A DNA stretch of 56,664 nucleotides, counting the filler, from Perkinsus olseni (lineage: Eukaryota): the NCBI GenBank assembly GCA_013115125.1. It is 2 parts of 2 records of this genome, joined end to end, with 100 filler letters (N's around TTAATTAATTAA, not from the genome) between each part and the next. Parts side by side here need not be neighbours in the genome. Positions count along the whole stretch, not along the records: positions 28,384 to 56,664 come from JABANN010000452.1; 1 more part is not named here. One strand, 5' to 3'. Shown piece by piece: positions 40,082 to 55,700 of the stretch. The first letter of the stretch is position 1. Each line of letters begins with the position of its first letter. Position numbers and translations under genes: made by a program. The notes beneath the pieces were generated by a model. It searched no databases. It saw only the letters and a list, made by a program, of their open reading frames with translations, and was not told where the DNA came from.

Positions 40082-41587
40082 TCATTGGTCGCAGGATAAG
40101 ATCTCTGCAATGGCCTGTGCCGTGTCGTGAACGGGAAGACCCACTACGTTGGAGTAACAGCCGTCCACTTTACAGGCTAGGAGACCACCGATACCCTGAG
40201 GAAGGGGCAGTCGGGGTGATAAATATGACGCTTCGCATGAGTGACCATCTTTTTCTCGTCCAGCATTCTCATCGTTGGGCGAGCGGAGCATCTACTGTCA
40301 CCTTCCCTCCGCGCTCGTTGAACTCATCTATCCCCGACTATGTTGACCGAACTCGCGAGGCACATGCCATTTCAAAGCACGCGTTTGCGTGTTCCACATA
40401 AACGGGAATCGCTTCATATGTAATTATTCTACTTTACAGTGCGGAGGACACGTCAAGAGGGCCGCCCTACCTGTATGCCGTAGCTGCCAGCCTTTCCCAT
40501 CGGCTCCTCGGTATCTACATACGCTTGCAGGTCCTCATCGGTGATGTTGGCTGCGAAGGTAACTGCAACAGTGACGAGAATTGGGGAAGGAGCGGTACTG
40601 CAGCCCTGTCACCTCTAGTGGTGGTGGTGAAGTGCCGTTTCATACTGCGCCCATCAGCCCACTTGCAGACGACACAAACACCTGTCGATGATAAAGAAGG
40701 TCGGTGTCAACTTGATGTGACAAATAAATAAACAGGCGCATTTAGGAGGCGAGGTGCCCCAAGGGGGTGTACCTACCTGTGCTGACCTCATGAGTCTTTC
40801 CCCGCAGAGCCCTGAGCATCGCCATAGCGTGGGCATGGTCATCGGGCTTCTCGAGGATCTTGCCGTCCAGTACCTGCTCTAGGGAGTCCAACTGGACCTG
40901 CTTGACGGGCCATCGTACCACAACAGTATCGGCAGAAAGGACCATCGTGAAGCGGCCAGAGGGCGGAGGCTCCAGGCGAGAGATGACCTACAACGGTCAC
41001 GGCCCATCCCTACGTGTATTTGTACCGAATAACAGCTAAGATCACTGATGGCCGAGCTAGGGGACGACGGGCCGCTCAGTCCTCACGCTTCGCTGCTCTT
41101 ATGTCGACTGAAATGCTTCGTTATATACACCGACTAATGCGTGCTACAGTTGAAAATCAGACCGTACATATTCCGATACCATAACTTCACGTATTCATAA
41201 TAGGGTATGAGCTTCTCAAGTGTATCACATTCGAGCAGGGGGATATTATCCGTAGCTCTCATTCTTGTCCCACTGCCCTCAAGCTTATCATTATCATAAG
41301 CAGGCGACCCCCACTGGCCCCCTACCTCCTTGCCCTTCTCAGTGGCAGTTTGCAGAACATATTCGGCCGGAGACAAGGCACTGAGAGGCACGACTGGAGT
41401 TGAGGCTGAGGCCGACTGCCCACCTCTTGTCGAGATCCTCAGGGAAAGTCGAACCAACGACCTCAACATCGAGCCGCCCGCCAGTGACGGTCTTGAGCAG
41501 CTCCAGACGCCTCGGGGACTTCGAGGCTAGTACGAAGCGATTGGCGTTGAGGGTGTCCACTAGCCTTAACAGCGACAGGGCCGCCAT
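40082..41587 (-). CDS. Maf/ASMTL-type nucleoside-triphosphate pyrophosphatase, multi-exon
   Basis: FVLASKSPRRLELL, LSADTVV|VLDGKILEKP, HEVST|GV and EPMGKAGSYGIQ|GIGG...GCYSNVVGLP. Confidence 0.93.
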
Positions 41588-42112
41588 CACAAACGATGGA
41601 AGATACTGATACGACAACCTTGAGCCCCTCGAGAAGCCTTCAACCAGCCCGGATGAGGCTGACTGGCACTTGGGCTCTCGGATATCTTCAGTGGGATATC
41701 AGTTCTCACGGGGGCAAGTCGCGGCGCTCCGGTGGGGATTTTTTCTACAGCTGATTTTTCTTGTCCAATCGATAGAGTCAGCGAGGCCAAACAAGAATAT
41801 GTTCGTTTTTGTAAGTCCTCTAGAAATAAAAATTCACCGTTTTCGCATTCTCCCACTTCGGCACCTCATCAATCAATAGCAGCGGCGCCGTGTAGCGAAT
41901 GGTGCGCTCGACGGCGAGCAGCCAGGGCCGCGTCTTGAATGCGGAGGCCTTCGCTCTGCTGCATGAGAGAAAAAGTAGACGATTCACGGCAGCCGCTACG
42001 ACTACTAGAAGCTGCCTGAGGGCGTGATTAACCGTGACGGGCGAGACAGAAGGAGACAGCCACATCGTCGATGACACAACAGCAGTCCGCGATGGCAATC
42101 TGCAGAAACGCT

Positions 42113-45112
<3,000 letters not shown>

Positions 45113-45195
45113 TCTAAGCTGGACGAGGCTGAGAAGGTAGGGCTGTTATCGCTAACGCAATCGTCGCGCGCCCAGAAACTAGGAGCAGAAACAGG

Positions 45196-47926
45196 TCAGA
45201 ATAGCAAGTCCTGGCGACCCAACGAAGCCGCCGGCATGAATTCATGGATTGGTCGCTGGAGGATCTCCCGCAAGACCATCCGTCCACCGCAGTCGTGGGC
45301 CTTCTCCAGCGTGAACCTAGCAGCCCAGGTAGGGGGGCGAGAACTTCTAGCTTGGAGGGTAGCCCTTTACTGAGCCCTCACCTGAGTCTCAGACACGTCT
45401 CGGATCTGGGACTACGCTTCCTGCCTCCCGGAAGGCCATCGCGAGTGGAGAGGGAGGGATGAAGGTCTGCTAGTAATGCATGACCATGGAATAGAACCAG
45501 ATACCCTTCTCATGAGAAAAAAATGGTTTATCGCTCGTCCACCCTACCAATTAGTCCATTGCGAACAACATCAGTCGCCACCACTGGCTGTCCGACTGGG
45601 CCTGTGACCAAATCCCACTGGACTTCAGTAGGGAATCCGACTAAGGGCCGATACAGTAACGTTTGCTGCTGCTGCTGCTGCTGCTCCGACCCGCCATTTC
45701 TCTCTTGCCGCCCTATCTGAACAACCACGTCTGGTCCAAGTCTACGATGCGGCAGTAATTGGGTACTCCGCACCCTCTCAGCTGCCTCCTTGAAATGTGT
45801 GTCCTTCAAGCCAAGATTCTCTCTCGCCTTGGTGTATGCAAAGGCCGCTGCATTGAGGGGGTAGTCCTGGGGCTCTACCTAGGGACAGCACGAAAGCTTC
45901 GGTCAAATCAGGCAAGAGGGTCTCTTGAGGAGGTTGTCCCTCAATGATAAAGGGAAGGTAAACTGCTTTCGCACGGCGGCCGTATTCGTCAGTCGTTCGC
46001 GGAAGTGGCACGCGCCCGAACAGGAACCACCCGAGGGTATCCTTCCCCGGCCCATTCGCCTTGAGTCCACGTTAGTATCCCAACCGATAGGAATAGGAAA
46101 ATCACAATACTGTGAGACGCCCGAGGGCTGCATCGCGGGTGGAGCAATTTCGAATCCCAATGGCAGGCGAAGTCGCTGCATTCACCGGAGAGGGGAGAAG
46201 ACGCTACCCACCATCAAACGCCCACCTCTGATGTAGGACAGATGGGCAAGAGTACTCGACTGAGGGGGTATTTTCTACTCCGAGCTTCCCGAGACGTCAC
46301 CCGCGTCACCGAGCCACCGTCCAGAAGGACCCAGTCGCCTGCGAAGATATCCTGTCCACCCTGGCAGTTCACAGAAAGGTCGAACTACCCTCTACAGCAT
46401 GCTCGGTCAGCATGGATGTGAGCCTGAACTTCGCCACCTGGTTCCACACGTAAGCGTCCACTGCCTTCTTCAGAGACCATCGCAAGGACATCGGCACAGC
46501 TCGCATAGCGGCCTCCTGAATCACGGGTCCTGCTGCTGTTCGCAACCGATCTGCGAGTAAGCGAGGCCCTCAAGCGGGACGAATAGCCTTCCCACACAGC
46601 GAAAGGAGGTATGAGAGAAGAAGAAGAACACGACCCTACCGCGTCCCCTGTTTTATTAAGCATCATTATCACAGCTGTCGTGATACTGCAGGCCTCAGGC
46701 GGGAGGGCCACAGCGCACGCTGAGAGGTCTCCGCGTTGGAAAGCCTGAAGGGAACATCATGCCCAGCCTCTGCATGCTGGTCTCATGAAAGGAAGCAAGC
46801 GGGGATCTCAGGAGAGGAGGAACCGGAAGACGAGAATTCACTACCGCAACATCGCCTCTGCTTCGCGTCATGAGAGCACGCTCAAACGGCCAGTCCGGAA
46901 TATCAGATTGATTCCGCTAGCGTTGCCCATTCTGCTGATCCCCCACCCTCCCACTACTACCTGGTAGGCCTCCCACGTCCCTGAGCTCTCCTCTCTGTTA
47001 GCGCCAACAAGGAGCCGGATGAAGCCCCGATGGTCACCGTTCAACAGCTTGGCTCCCAACTCGTACGTCCGAATCTCCGCTTTCCCAAATTTATCCGGAG
47101 CCCACAGATTCGCCACGCCCGATTTCAATACAGCATTGATTCGCTCCTCCACTAGCTCTCTGCCCGCCGAGACGCCTCGCACGACGCAGGTGTACCGCTG
47201 CCCAACACTCTTCCGGGACTCCTCGTCCAACCAGAACTTCGGTGCCGGTCCGATATAGATACCCCCACTGCCCTGCTCGAAGCCACTGAGGTCAATCTCC
47301 GAGGTCGCTGATAGCAGCTGTACTGTTGTGCCATAGGCCGTTCGCCGCTTCCGGGCCACCCTCAGGGTCCCTAGCTCGAGACGGCATTGACGTTCGACCT
47401 GCCGAGCTGCGAGCACTGTGTCCACTCCACTGCTCTGCATAATGAATTGCCGGTATTTTCTCCCGGCCGGCAGGGTTATGTTCCGCAGCTCGACGGTACC
47501 TAAGAAACAAACCTAGGATTCATTGGTGAATTCACGAAAAGGATCAGCCCCAAGGACTCCAAACAGGACTAGCAGCAACTTGGATCAACTATTATATGGA
47601 TTGACTCAGTAGAGACGAACAGACAGAGTCACAGCTGAACTCTGTCTAATATAGTACGAGGGCAGTGCTCCCACCCGACCTCTATGCACCTGATCTTCAT
47701 CACCTCTAGCTGTTATCTGGCTTTGTATGAAGTCCTCATGCCGTGCACTGACGGTGCCTTTGATCGGCCTCCAGTAGTGAGAGCTCCGAGTCAAGAACAC
47801 TTGCCCAGCTCCGGCATCTTCCTCGAGCGCCCGTGGAGAGTATGACAAAATCGAAGTGGCCCCTCCAGCACGTGTGCCCGCTTGCGCGATTGAGCTGAAT
47901 GCCCTCCCTGTGACGTGACGCCGCAT
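45196..47926 (-). CDS. TruD/PUS7-like pseudouridine synthase homologue, probably mitochondrial and catalytically degenerate
   Basis: GTVSARHEDF, GVDTVLAA...TTVQ, GVANLWAPDKFG (compare GF.NYFG.QRFG), YRPLVGFPTEVQW and LRFTL...LREI appear in TruD order. The N-terminus MRRHVTGRAFSS is presequence-like. Confidence 0.7.
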
Positions 47927-48046
47927 GCATCAACACCAGAAAAAACAAGAATGACCCCAGTTGTTATGCGAGGAGCAAACGGCAGCATCAAGACTAGCGC
48001 TGAGTCCGTCACTGGACGGACAGCTAACACAAAGCATTGCTGAATA

Positions 48047-49692
48047 TCAGCGGTAGAGACTCTTTTTTATCCATAGAGCACCGGGCCTTCCATTGCCATC
48101 CACCCCTACGAGTATTTGACTCACGATGTAAGGAGCGGTCATGGACAGCCGATGTAGGATGGACTGAAAGAATGAGGTGGCCATGATGAACAATAAGCTA
48201 CTGCGCCCGCCGGGAGTCGAACCCGGGTCACAAGCATGGGAAGCTTGTATGATACCGTTACACTACGAGCGCCGTTGAGATTACAATGCCTCTAACTACC
48301 AAATGCTGGACGAAATCTATTCCTATGACACCACAATAACAATGCCAACCAACTTTACAAAGACTGCGCCCGCCGGGAGTCGAACCCGGGTCACAAGCAT
48401 GGGAAGCTTATATGATACCGTTACACTACGAGCGCTGCTGAACTAATCGTATTTCAACTCGCCCCATGGTGGGAGAGAGGCAGCGGATACGCACCTCCTT
48501 GACGGCTTCAAATAGCACTCCTCCTTTACGTTGATGGCCTTCAGGTACGTGAGTTCCCACGCCAGTCACCACCCAGACCGAAAGGCATGGATGCCGCCAA
48601 AGCGCGAAGTCCAGGGCCTGACATTTCGGAAATGGGAGTCTCGCTGACTACGCTGATTGGCGCAACATTTACCACTGCGTGGTACTACACATCGCTATTC
48701 GAGCGCAACCGATGGAGACCATTGGTCCATCGAAAGGACATTCCAGACTGAGACGTAGCGACCTCAGACTAGTCATCGAGGCGAACCGATACATCGAAGG
48801 AGAAGCGCGTTGAGCTTTTCCGTAGGTGAAACAACAGCCGGAGAGTTTTCTCCCTAATATCGACGGACTCGGGAGCGCGCGCCTTCTCACGCGTTTCAGC
48901 GTCTGCATGCTGAGGAATTCGCCATCTCAGTCGGCTCTCATGGAACCTCAAGTTGGCTTGAGGTTCAGATTTTTTGATAACCGAGGTCTAGCGAGAGGTA
49001 GTTGGATCCTCGCGTGCCTGGTGAGCCATGGGCGTCCAGTCACGGGGGAACCGACCACCTTGCAGTCGCCGCCGGCCACAGGTCCGGAGAACAAGTGTTG
49101 CATGAAAATGCGGTACCAACGGCCCTCACGCCGTTGTCAGGAACGGCGTAACTTTTTCAACCGATACTACAAAGTCTAGAGCCTCCTCAACGCTCTTCAG
49201 TGATTGGAAGTGCAAGTCGATAACAATATCCCCTTCTTGTCCCAACGGCAGTGGTCTGTCCGCGTTAACGTACTTGAACCTCTCTACCTGACCAACAATC
49301 CACACCGTTCGTCCCTTCTCCCCACCATTCATTTATCAGCGCGTCTATTCTACACATACTCGAGACTGGAAAGCGTGGGCCCAAATGAGCGAAGACGCTC
49401 GAAGAACAGTGACAGGCCACCTTTCTCACCGGGTCCTGTATCGAGAACGCCGCATCAGCCGCTCCATCCTCGTGGTTCCTCCACACCCCGTCCGGAATCT
49501 TAACGGTGTCCAACTGAACCTCCACCCAATTGCCCTCCCCTGGAGCATGGTGAGAGGCATATGTCGGCCCATTAGCATACACCTAAACAAGCAACAGGGA
49601 TAACCTCAACCATCGTCCGTAGCTGCGGCCTAGGCAGCCAAGAGCTGCGAGGCTCCACCGCCCTACCGTCTTTCCTGGACCACCGCCTTCCC

Positions 49693-49724
<32 letters not shown>

Positions 49725-50693
49725 GCTGTTCGCTGGTACAACAAACTCCGCGGGAGCTGTCCATCCGGCCTCGCGTCCGCCACAGTCGGGGCCAACCACC
49801 CACCCACCGGGCCATCGTCATGGTTATACAGGCAGCCAGACCTAGGACGTATCAGCACCTTCTACCATTATTTTCGTTTCTCACGACTACGTCTTGCAAT
49901 TCTTCCCAAACCGGCATTTGGTCCGCGAGTACTTGGCCCGGAGCCTCTTCACCTGTTGTGGTTCGGGATGGCAGTTGTAGCATTTGTCACCTATCACAAG
50001 TTCGTCCGCGATAGTCTAGCGCTTAGCAATCGGAGCGCAAGACGACAAGTCACTTTTCAAAGCAGCGAGACGAGACGACACAACATCCAAGCTCAATGGG
50101 AGAACGATGAGCTCGCATAGAAATGCCCGATTCCAACAGCTCTTCAACATCTCAACAGTAGTAAACAGTTAGGTCCCGAACTCCGGTACAGGAACCCAAT
50201 TCGCAAAACCGACCCGGCATTACCAAAAGTGCAGAACCCCGCAATAAAAGGCATGCAGACTCTATTCTCTACCGAACCATCAGCGTCATCTAGAGGGGCC
50301 GCATCTGGGAAAGCGTAAGTAAATGATAAATACCGAAGCACAGGGCAGAGAAGATGATATCCCCTGGGCATGCTGTCATTCGCTGCTGGTCCGCAGCTCT
50401 CCGAGGATGCCCAACAGCAGTACAAACTCAGTCATTACGTTCGTTGGCGCAACCACATTGCATTCAGGGCTTCTACAACGTCCCTTTCGACTTAACCGTC
50501 ACCCACTGGACTTGTTAAAAATATTTTCCAACGTACTTTTCCGATCTTTTCTTGTCGCCCCCCCCCTTGTACTACTCATATCAGCTCTTGGTTGGGGGTG
50601 ACGGTATATACAGTCCTTCCTGTTGCAAGCAGACCCATACCGGCAAACGGCCATCGTCGGATTCTTCCCTTTCTTCTTGGACTGCAAATACAT
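48047..50693 (-). CDS. CCCH zinc-finger + Smr-domain protein, multi-exon
   Basis: Fingers CRYGSACNRKDCIYRH, CMPFIAGFCTFG..C...H and CRFGKNCKT|SGCLYNH, then a poly-Q tract. Smr motifs are IDLHFQS, VVTGVGTH, GVLFEAVKE and last-exon NGRPGALWI. Confidence 0.85.
48202..48272 (-). tRNA. tRNA-Gly(CCC)
   Basis: GCGCTCG-TAGTGTAACGGTATCATA-CAAGC TTCCCAT GCTTG-TGA-CCCGGGTTCGACTCCCGG-CGGGCGC-A forms a full cloverleaf with anticodon CCC. Confidence 0.96.
48365..48435 (-). tRNA. tRNA-Gly(CCC), second copy
   Basis: Identical to the first copy except for one C>T at the top of the anticodon stem, which turns C-G into U-G. Confidence 0.95.
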
Positions 50694-50973
50694 CAGACAG
50701 GAAGGATAAAAACTGCAGAAATCCAGCAAAAAGGCAACCCCATCGGTCGACGGTTCACGAGAGATTTCCCGCCAAATCCGCATACATCACCATCGCGGGA
50801 GGGGTAATTACCAATGCTAACGCCATCCGCCACTCTAGCTCGGCTTGGTGTGAACAGCCGGCACTAGCATCTGTGGGATAACATTGGTACCACACGCTCG
50901 AGTTTTCACATGGCATCGCAGTCTTTTCAGATCAGAGTGAGCGCCCAACGCAACTTGTCGATGCCTGGGAAGC

Positions 50974-51995
50974 TCAAAAGCAATCATGCGAAGGACATCG
51001 CTTGCTATGATGCTCCCATGGTCTTAACATGGCTAGACATGTAGGGTCACCGACCACTCGAGATCGATGAATAGACTCTCCCAGCTCCTTCCAATAGTCA
51101 CGATGGACGTCCGACATGTAGGCCTTCACTGAACAAGACCAGCAGTGTAACGAGAGCCCTGCAGCTGGGCTCTCAAAAGGATTCTCGAATTTTCTACCGT
51201 AAGTATGCAGATGAAAAACAGTATGAAGGGAGACAGGCGGAACACCCACGAGAAGGAAAGAGCAACAACACATTCCTGCTAAGAGCAACGCGCAAGATAC
51301 AAGTATGCCAAGACAGGATTCGAAACAAACGGTCTGCTACGGGTGGAGCCTTGACGCAGTGGAGTGCGACGGGGCTACATGGGAGACCAGTCATAACTGA
51401 AACGCTAAAACCGCAGTAGGCAACGGGAGATTCACAGATTGCTGTTACATACCGGAGGGCCTATCAGGCGCTCGACTCGAATTTCGACGAACTCCCACTA
51501 CTACAAGAGCCAGCCTACTCTCATTACCAGCTCTCAAGTCAGCACCATGTAACAGCAGCTTAGCCTTCGCTCCGCTCCGCATAGCAGTAGAAAGGTCATA
51601 CAACGTATTGGGCAGACCTGCCGAGGAAAGGCTTCCCCACCTACTGCGTTCCTCCCACTTGTTGAAGAGTTATCCCAACCGAAAAGAGGAAAGGCAATCA
51701 CGGCTGCTGTTCCAAAGTAATAAATTGGACCAACACTATGCGAGAATCGTCCAATATTTGCAGTTCCTGCAGCCACATGATGTGGCCCACATCATAGATC
51801 CGACCTTGACGGCCAGGCCGACTCAACCAGGCTGGGAGAACCAGCCCGGTTGTGCCCTTCCCAACCCCCTATATTACTAGCCCTGTGTTTCCACGAGTAC
51901 TGCCGCCACGCACGAGTGCCTTGATCAGCATCTTGGATCTTATACCTGTTCAACCGACCAATCCTCGTTGCAGGTAAAACATCTCCATCCGCCAT
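50974..51995 (-). CDS. possible small multi-exon hypothetical (membrane) protein
   Basis: Coding-like pieces MADGDVLPATRIGRLNRYKIQD..., hydrophobic PIYYFGTAAVIAFPLFG and terminal AYMSDVHRDYWKELGESIHR. Junctions were not resolved. Confidence 0.4.
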
Positions 51996-52794
51996 TCATC
52001 ATCATCTTGGTAAAATATCTTCAGAAACGATCACACGCCACAGTTGGGCGTCAGAGAGAAACTCGAGTAATTTTCAATAATCGCCGCTGATGCTACTATG
52101 AAACTGAACAGTAGTAAACCACACGATGTCCGCGATTTAAATGGACGTGCCGTTTTTCGCTCCCATTTCCTGTGCGTAACTATTCTACCTTCACCTCGGC
52201 GCCATCGGTCCCTCCTCCTCAGCCCTAGCTAGCTGGACAATATCTCATAGAATAACTAAATGATACGGACCGGGACTATCACCAGAGGTGCTTTCCTTCG
52301 AACATAGGTCCATCCTTATTGAACCAAGGCGATCGCCAACCTATCAGCTTCACTCGTCTGTGACGATGCAGTCCTGCATCGCATGAACACATATGAAACT
52401 AGCAGGGCGTGAAGCTCGATAAACGGCAACGCGGACCAACGGAGTCCCCCCCCAGCGACCTCCCTCATATTACCAGTAATTTCTGTAGACACAATGGAGT
52501 GATGATGATGATGATGATGAGGATGATGTGCGGAAAAGATGGTATCAGTCATGGTCGAGTAGCATGGGAAAGAGTCCAACAGCAGCCTACTACACACCAC
52601 AATTTCCACTTCCCCATTCTCACCAGTCCCTTTGCGTGACCACAACACAAGGACTCCTCAAACGATAGCGAAACTGTCGTATAGACAGTCAAAGCTCTGC
52701 AGGTATTGAAGTATCTCAGTAATAATAAGGCGCCACGCTCGTAAAATTTAAACATATCTTCTATTATATCGAATTCAAGGTCAACCTCGGGATA

Positions 52795-55700
52795 CTATAT
52801 TTGCTGGTTAACTCTAAAATCAGTAGATACCTTCTTAGCAGCGCCTCCAACGCCGACCCTCTGAGTGTTCGCGACGTAACGATGACCCAGCTCATAATCA
52901 TCCGGAATCATCCAGAAGAAATTTCTAACCATAGTCGCCGCTTTCCGCACCTGTCTGCCCACGCCAGATCGACCCGACAAATCACTCGACCGTTCCGCAG
53001 CAACAGGGGAATCATCGAACGCTTCCAAATCAGAATCCTCAGAATCCAAATCGATCGATCTCCGCCTCTCTCGCTCCACCGCCAGTCGTGATGCCGCATT
53101 TCGTCTTTTGCGTTCCTGCCTTCGGAAAATTTTCAATATCACCCCACTTCCAATGACAAAGACCGTCAAATGCAGCGGAACAAAAGCCAGAACCAAAGAG
53201 GCCAGGAAGCACGTCGGGACGGCCATTATGTAGGCTAGCCTAGTGACCAAAGGATCGCTCCAATTCCACGCCGTCGGTATCCTTTCTATCACATTCAACG
53301 CTCTGTGAACTTTAATGTTGATCTTAGTAAGCATGACCAGCATTCGTCTCAGCCTCACATCAGCGTTCTCCTTAGCGTCTACGTCCGACTCCCAAACCAC
53401 ATAAGCGTCCCTCTGCCGAAACTCCCAATCCCTGGCTGACATCATCCCATTTACCGTCAATAATATCAACATAATCCACGGCCACAACGCCCTAGGAGAC
53501 AGCAGACACGTGTAGGCCCAAATGATCATCAACATCGCCAAGGGCCCGTGAGCAGAGAAAAAGTAGCTCAGCAGCGGGGCCATGCTCTTCAACCGTCTTA
53601 TCCGCATTTTGTTCCGCTTGAGAAGAAATCGGAAATTTCTCAGCAGCGCCCACAGTGCCATATCGCCTTGGACTTCACTCAGCCGCGGAATGACGTACAT
53701 AGTGGACGGGTTGGCCTCGAACTCATATTCAGCACGGAGTATTTGCTCCTGGCTGGTGACAGACGACTTATCCCCTTCATCGCTCATCTCCGAAGCGGAA
53801 AGTGACTTCTCCTGAAAAAACGAGATTCCATCGCCGAAGGCCGGAGAGCCAGCAACTCATCGGAAAGACGAATGTGATCCTTTCAAATCAGATCGAATAC
53901 CGCAGCCGTTACTACATCATCCTCACTGCCCAGTGACATCGCTCTTGTAGGCCCCACCTGCCACCAAGGCCGAGACCGCAGCATCGCCGCCCATGCGGAC
54001 TCGTCAAGTCGAAGACCGAGCTGAATTCAATCCATCAGTCAAGAAGACTCGGGACATCCGGACTACCTCGAGACAAATGAATCCAATGGACTTCACTGGT
54101 TTGACCATTCCCGAGCCGGGCCATTTGGGGACAGCGGTTAAGTATCTTGAAAATTGATACCTCCTCAAGCGGAGCGAAGCACGCCTGCTCTCCTACTCAC
54201 GACTATTACTTGCTAAAAGGATTATAGTCCGACCATCCCTCATCTATTTCGCGCTCGCCCGCTGTTTTTGGGCGGAAGCATCCAGTAAAGATTCCGCCAC
54301 CACTGCGCTCCTCTTTACGGGAAATATTGTGTCCAATCCTCATCTTCCTTGCACTGGTAGTAGTGGCAGCTGTGGGATCCCGTTCGAGGAGTCTTGATAC
54401 AAAATACACATCGAAACTTTCAATTCGCTAACGCCGCTCGACAGAATTTCCGCCATCACCCAGTAGGAATTCCACGGCATATCACCCCAATCGTACTTCT
54501 TGCATGAGTAATACTCCTGTGTTTCCTTGCAACCTGCCTTCTGTTCAATCTTCGTCGTGATGGGATATACCTCGAACCAGCTTCGCTCCGGCGGCCTCGG
54601 ATGTCCCGACCACGAATCCTCAATAAGAGTTGGCAATGGTATCTGAACTCCAGTGTCACAACAGCTTGAGCCACCTCACATGCACGTGAGAGTCGAAGGA
54701 AGTTGAGATTCGCCATAGGCTGATGGTTGGCTATAGGATGACAGAAGCGAGATATAACCGCGGAGGCCAAGCTAAGGACCAACGCCCTTAGTGCCTTGCC
54801 GAGATCATTTGCCTACTATCAATATGATCTCTGAGTACACTGTATCTTCTTCATTACAAGCATCAACTCAGGGAGATATTCGAGCGTTAGAGAATCAACT
54901 ATTCTCACCAAGTACCAGCGACAGCAATTAACTTATGATTTTCCCACCATCTGCCTAATGTTCAGACCATGGTTTTCTCTGTACGATATCTTTCAAGAAA
55001 ATGGCCACCTGGCCGAGATACCGGGCTCAGGTGTTTCACTTTCTCATTCTGGTTCAGGCGTGGCCGGCCGGACAGCAACCGGATGTCATAGAGACCTTCC
55101 TGATCCGCGACTGATACCATTGAGCATCAACCGTCATGGGAAAGTTTCGATACCACTTTCCCAACGAATCGCGCTGCGCGATTCGCGCAGCGAACAGACC
55201 GAAACACCTTGCCTCCCTCATTACAATGACTCGCCCCAAGGGCTGAGGCGTCCGAAACTGATGAGAGGCGAAGAGCACCACATGGAGGTCGCTGGCTAAA
55301 TCGGTAACCTCCAGACTCCAGCGGGCATCCTCCCATTCCACAGCTGAAAGGAAGACGAAATAAATCGAGGGAATGCAACGTGCAACGACATGCGCGGCCA
55401 CTACGCCGAGTGGCAGAACCCTTCATGTGGCATAGTGGCCTCACTTCCTTGTGAAACTTGGACCACCGTGAAAGCAGCGCCAGGAAGGACACGAGACAGC
55501 ATTCTACTGTATTTAGAAGTATTGCTCGAGTGCTCCTCAAGCGACGTGGCAAATGAGTCACTTCTTCGCATTGAGGTGAACACTTAGAGACCACCGACAG
55601 AATTTTCATCGCTAAGACGCCAAGCACTTTTCCCAGGGAGAAGGGCTCGTCTCGCAATATACAGACAGGCCTACTACTACTATGAGCACCCACTTACTTC

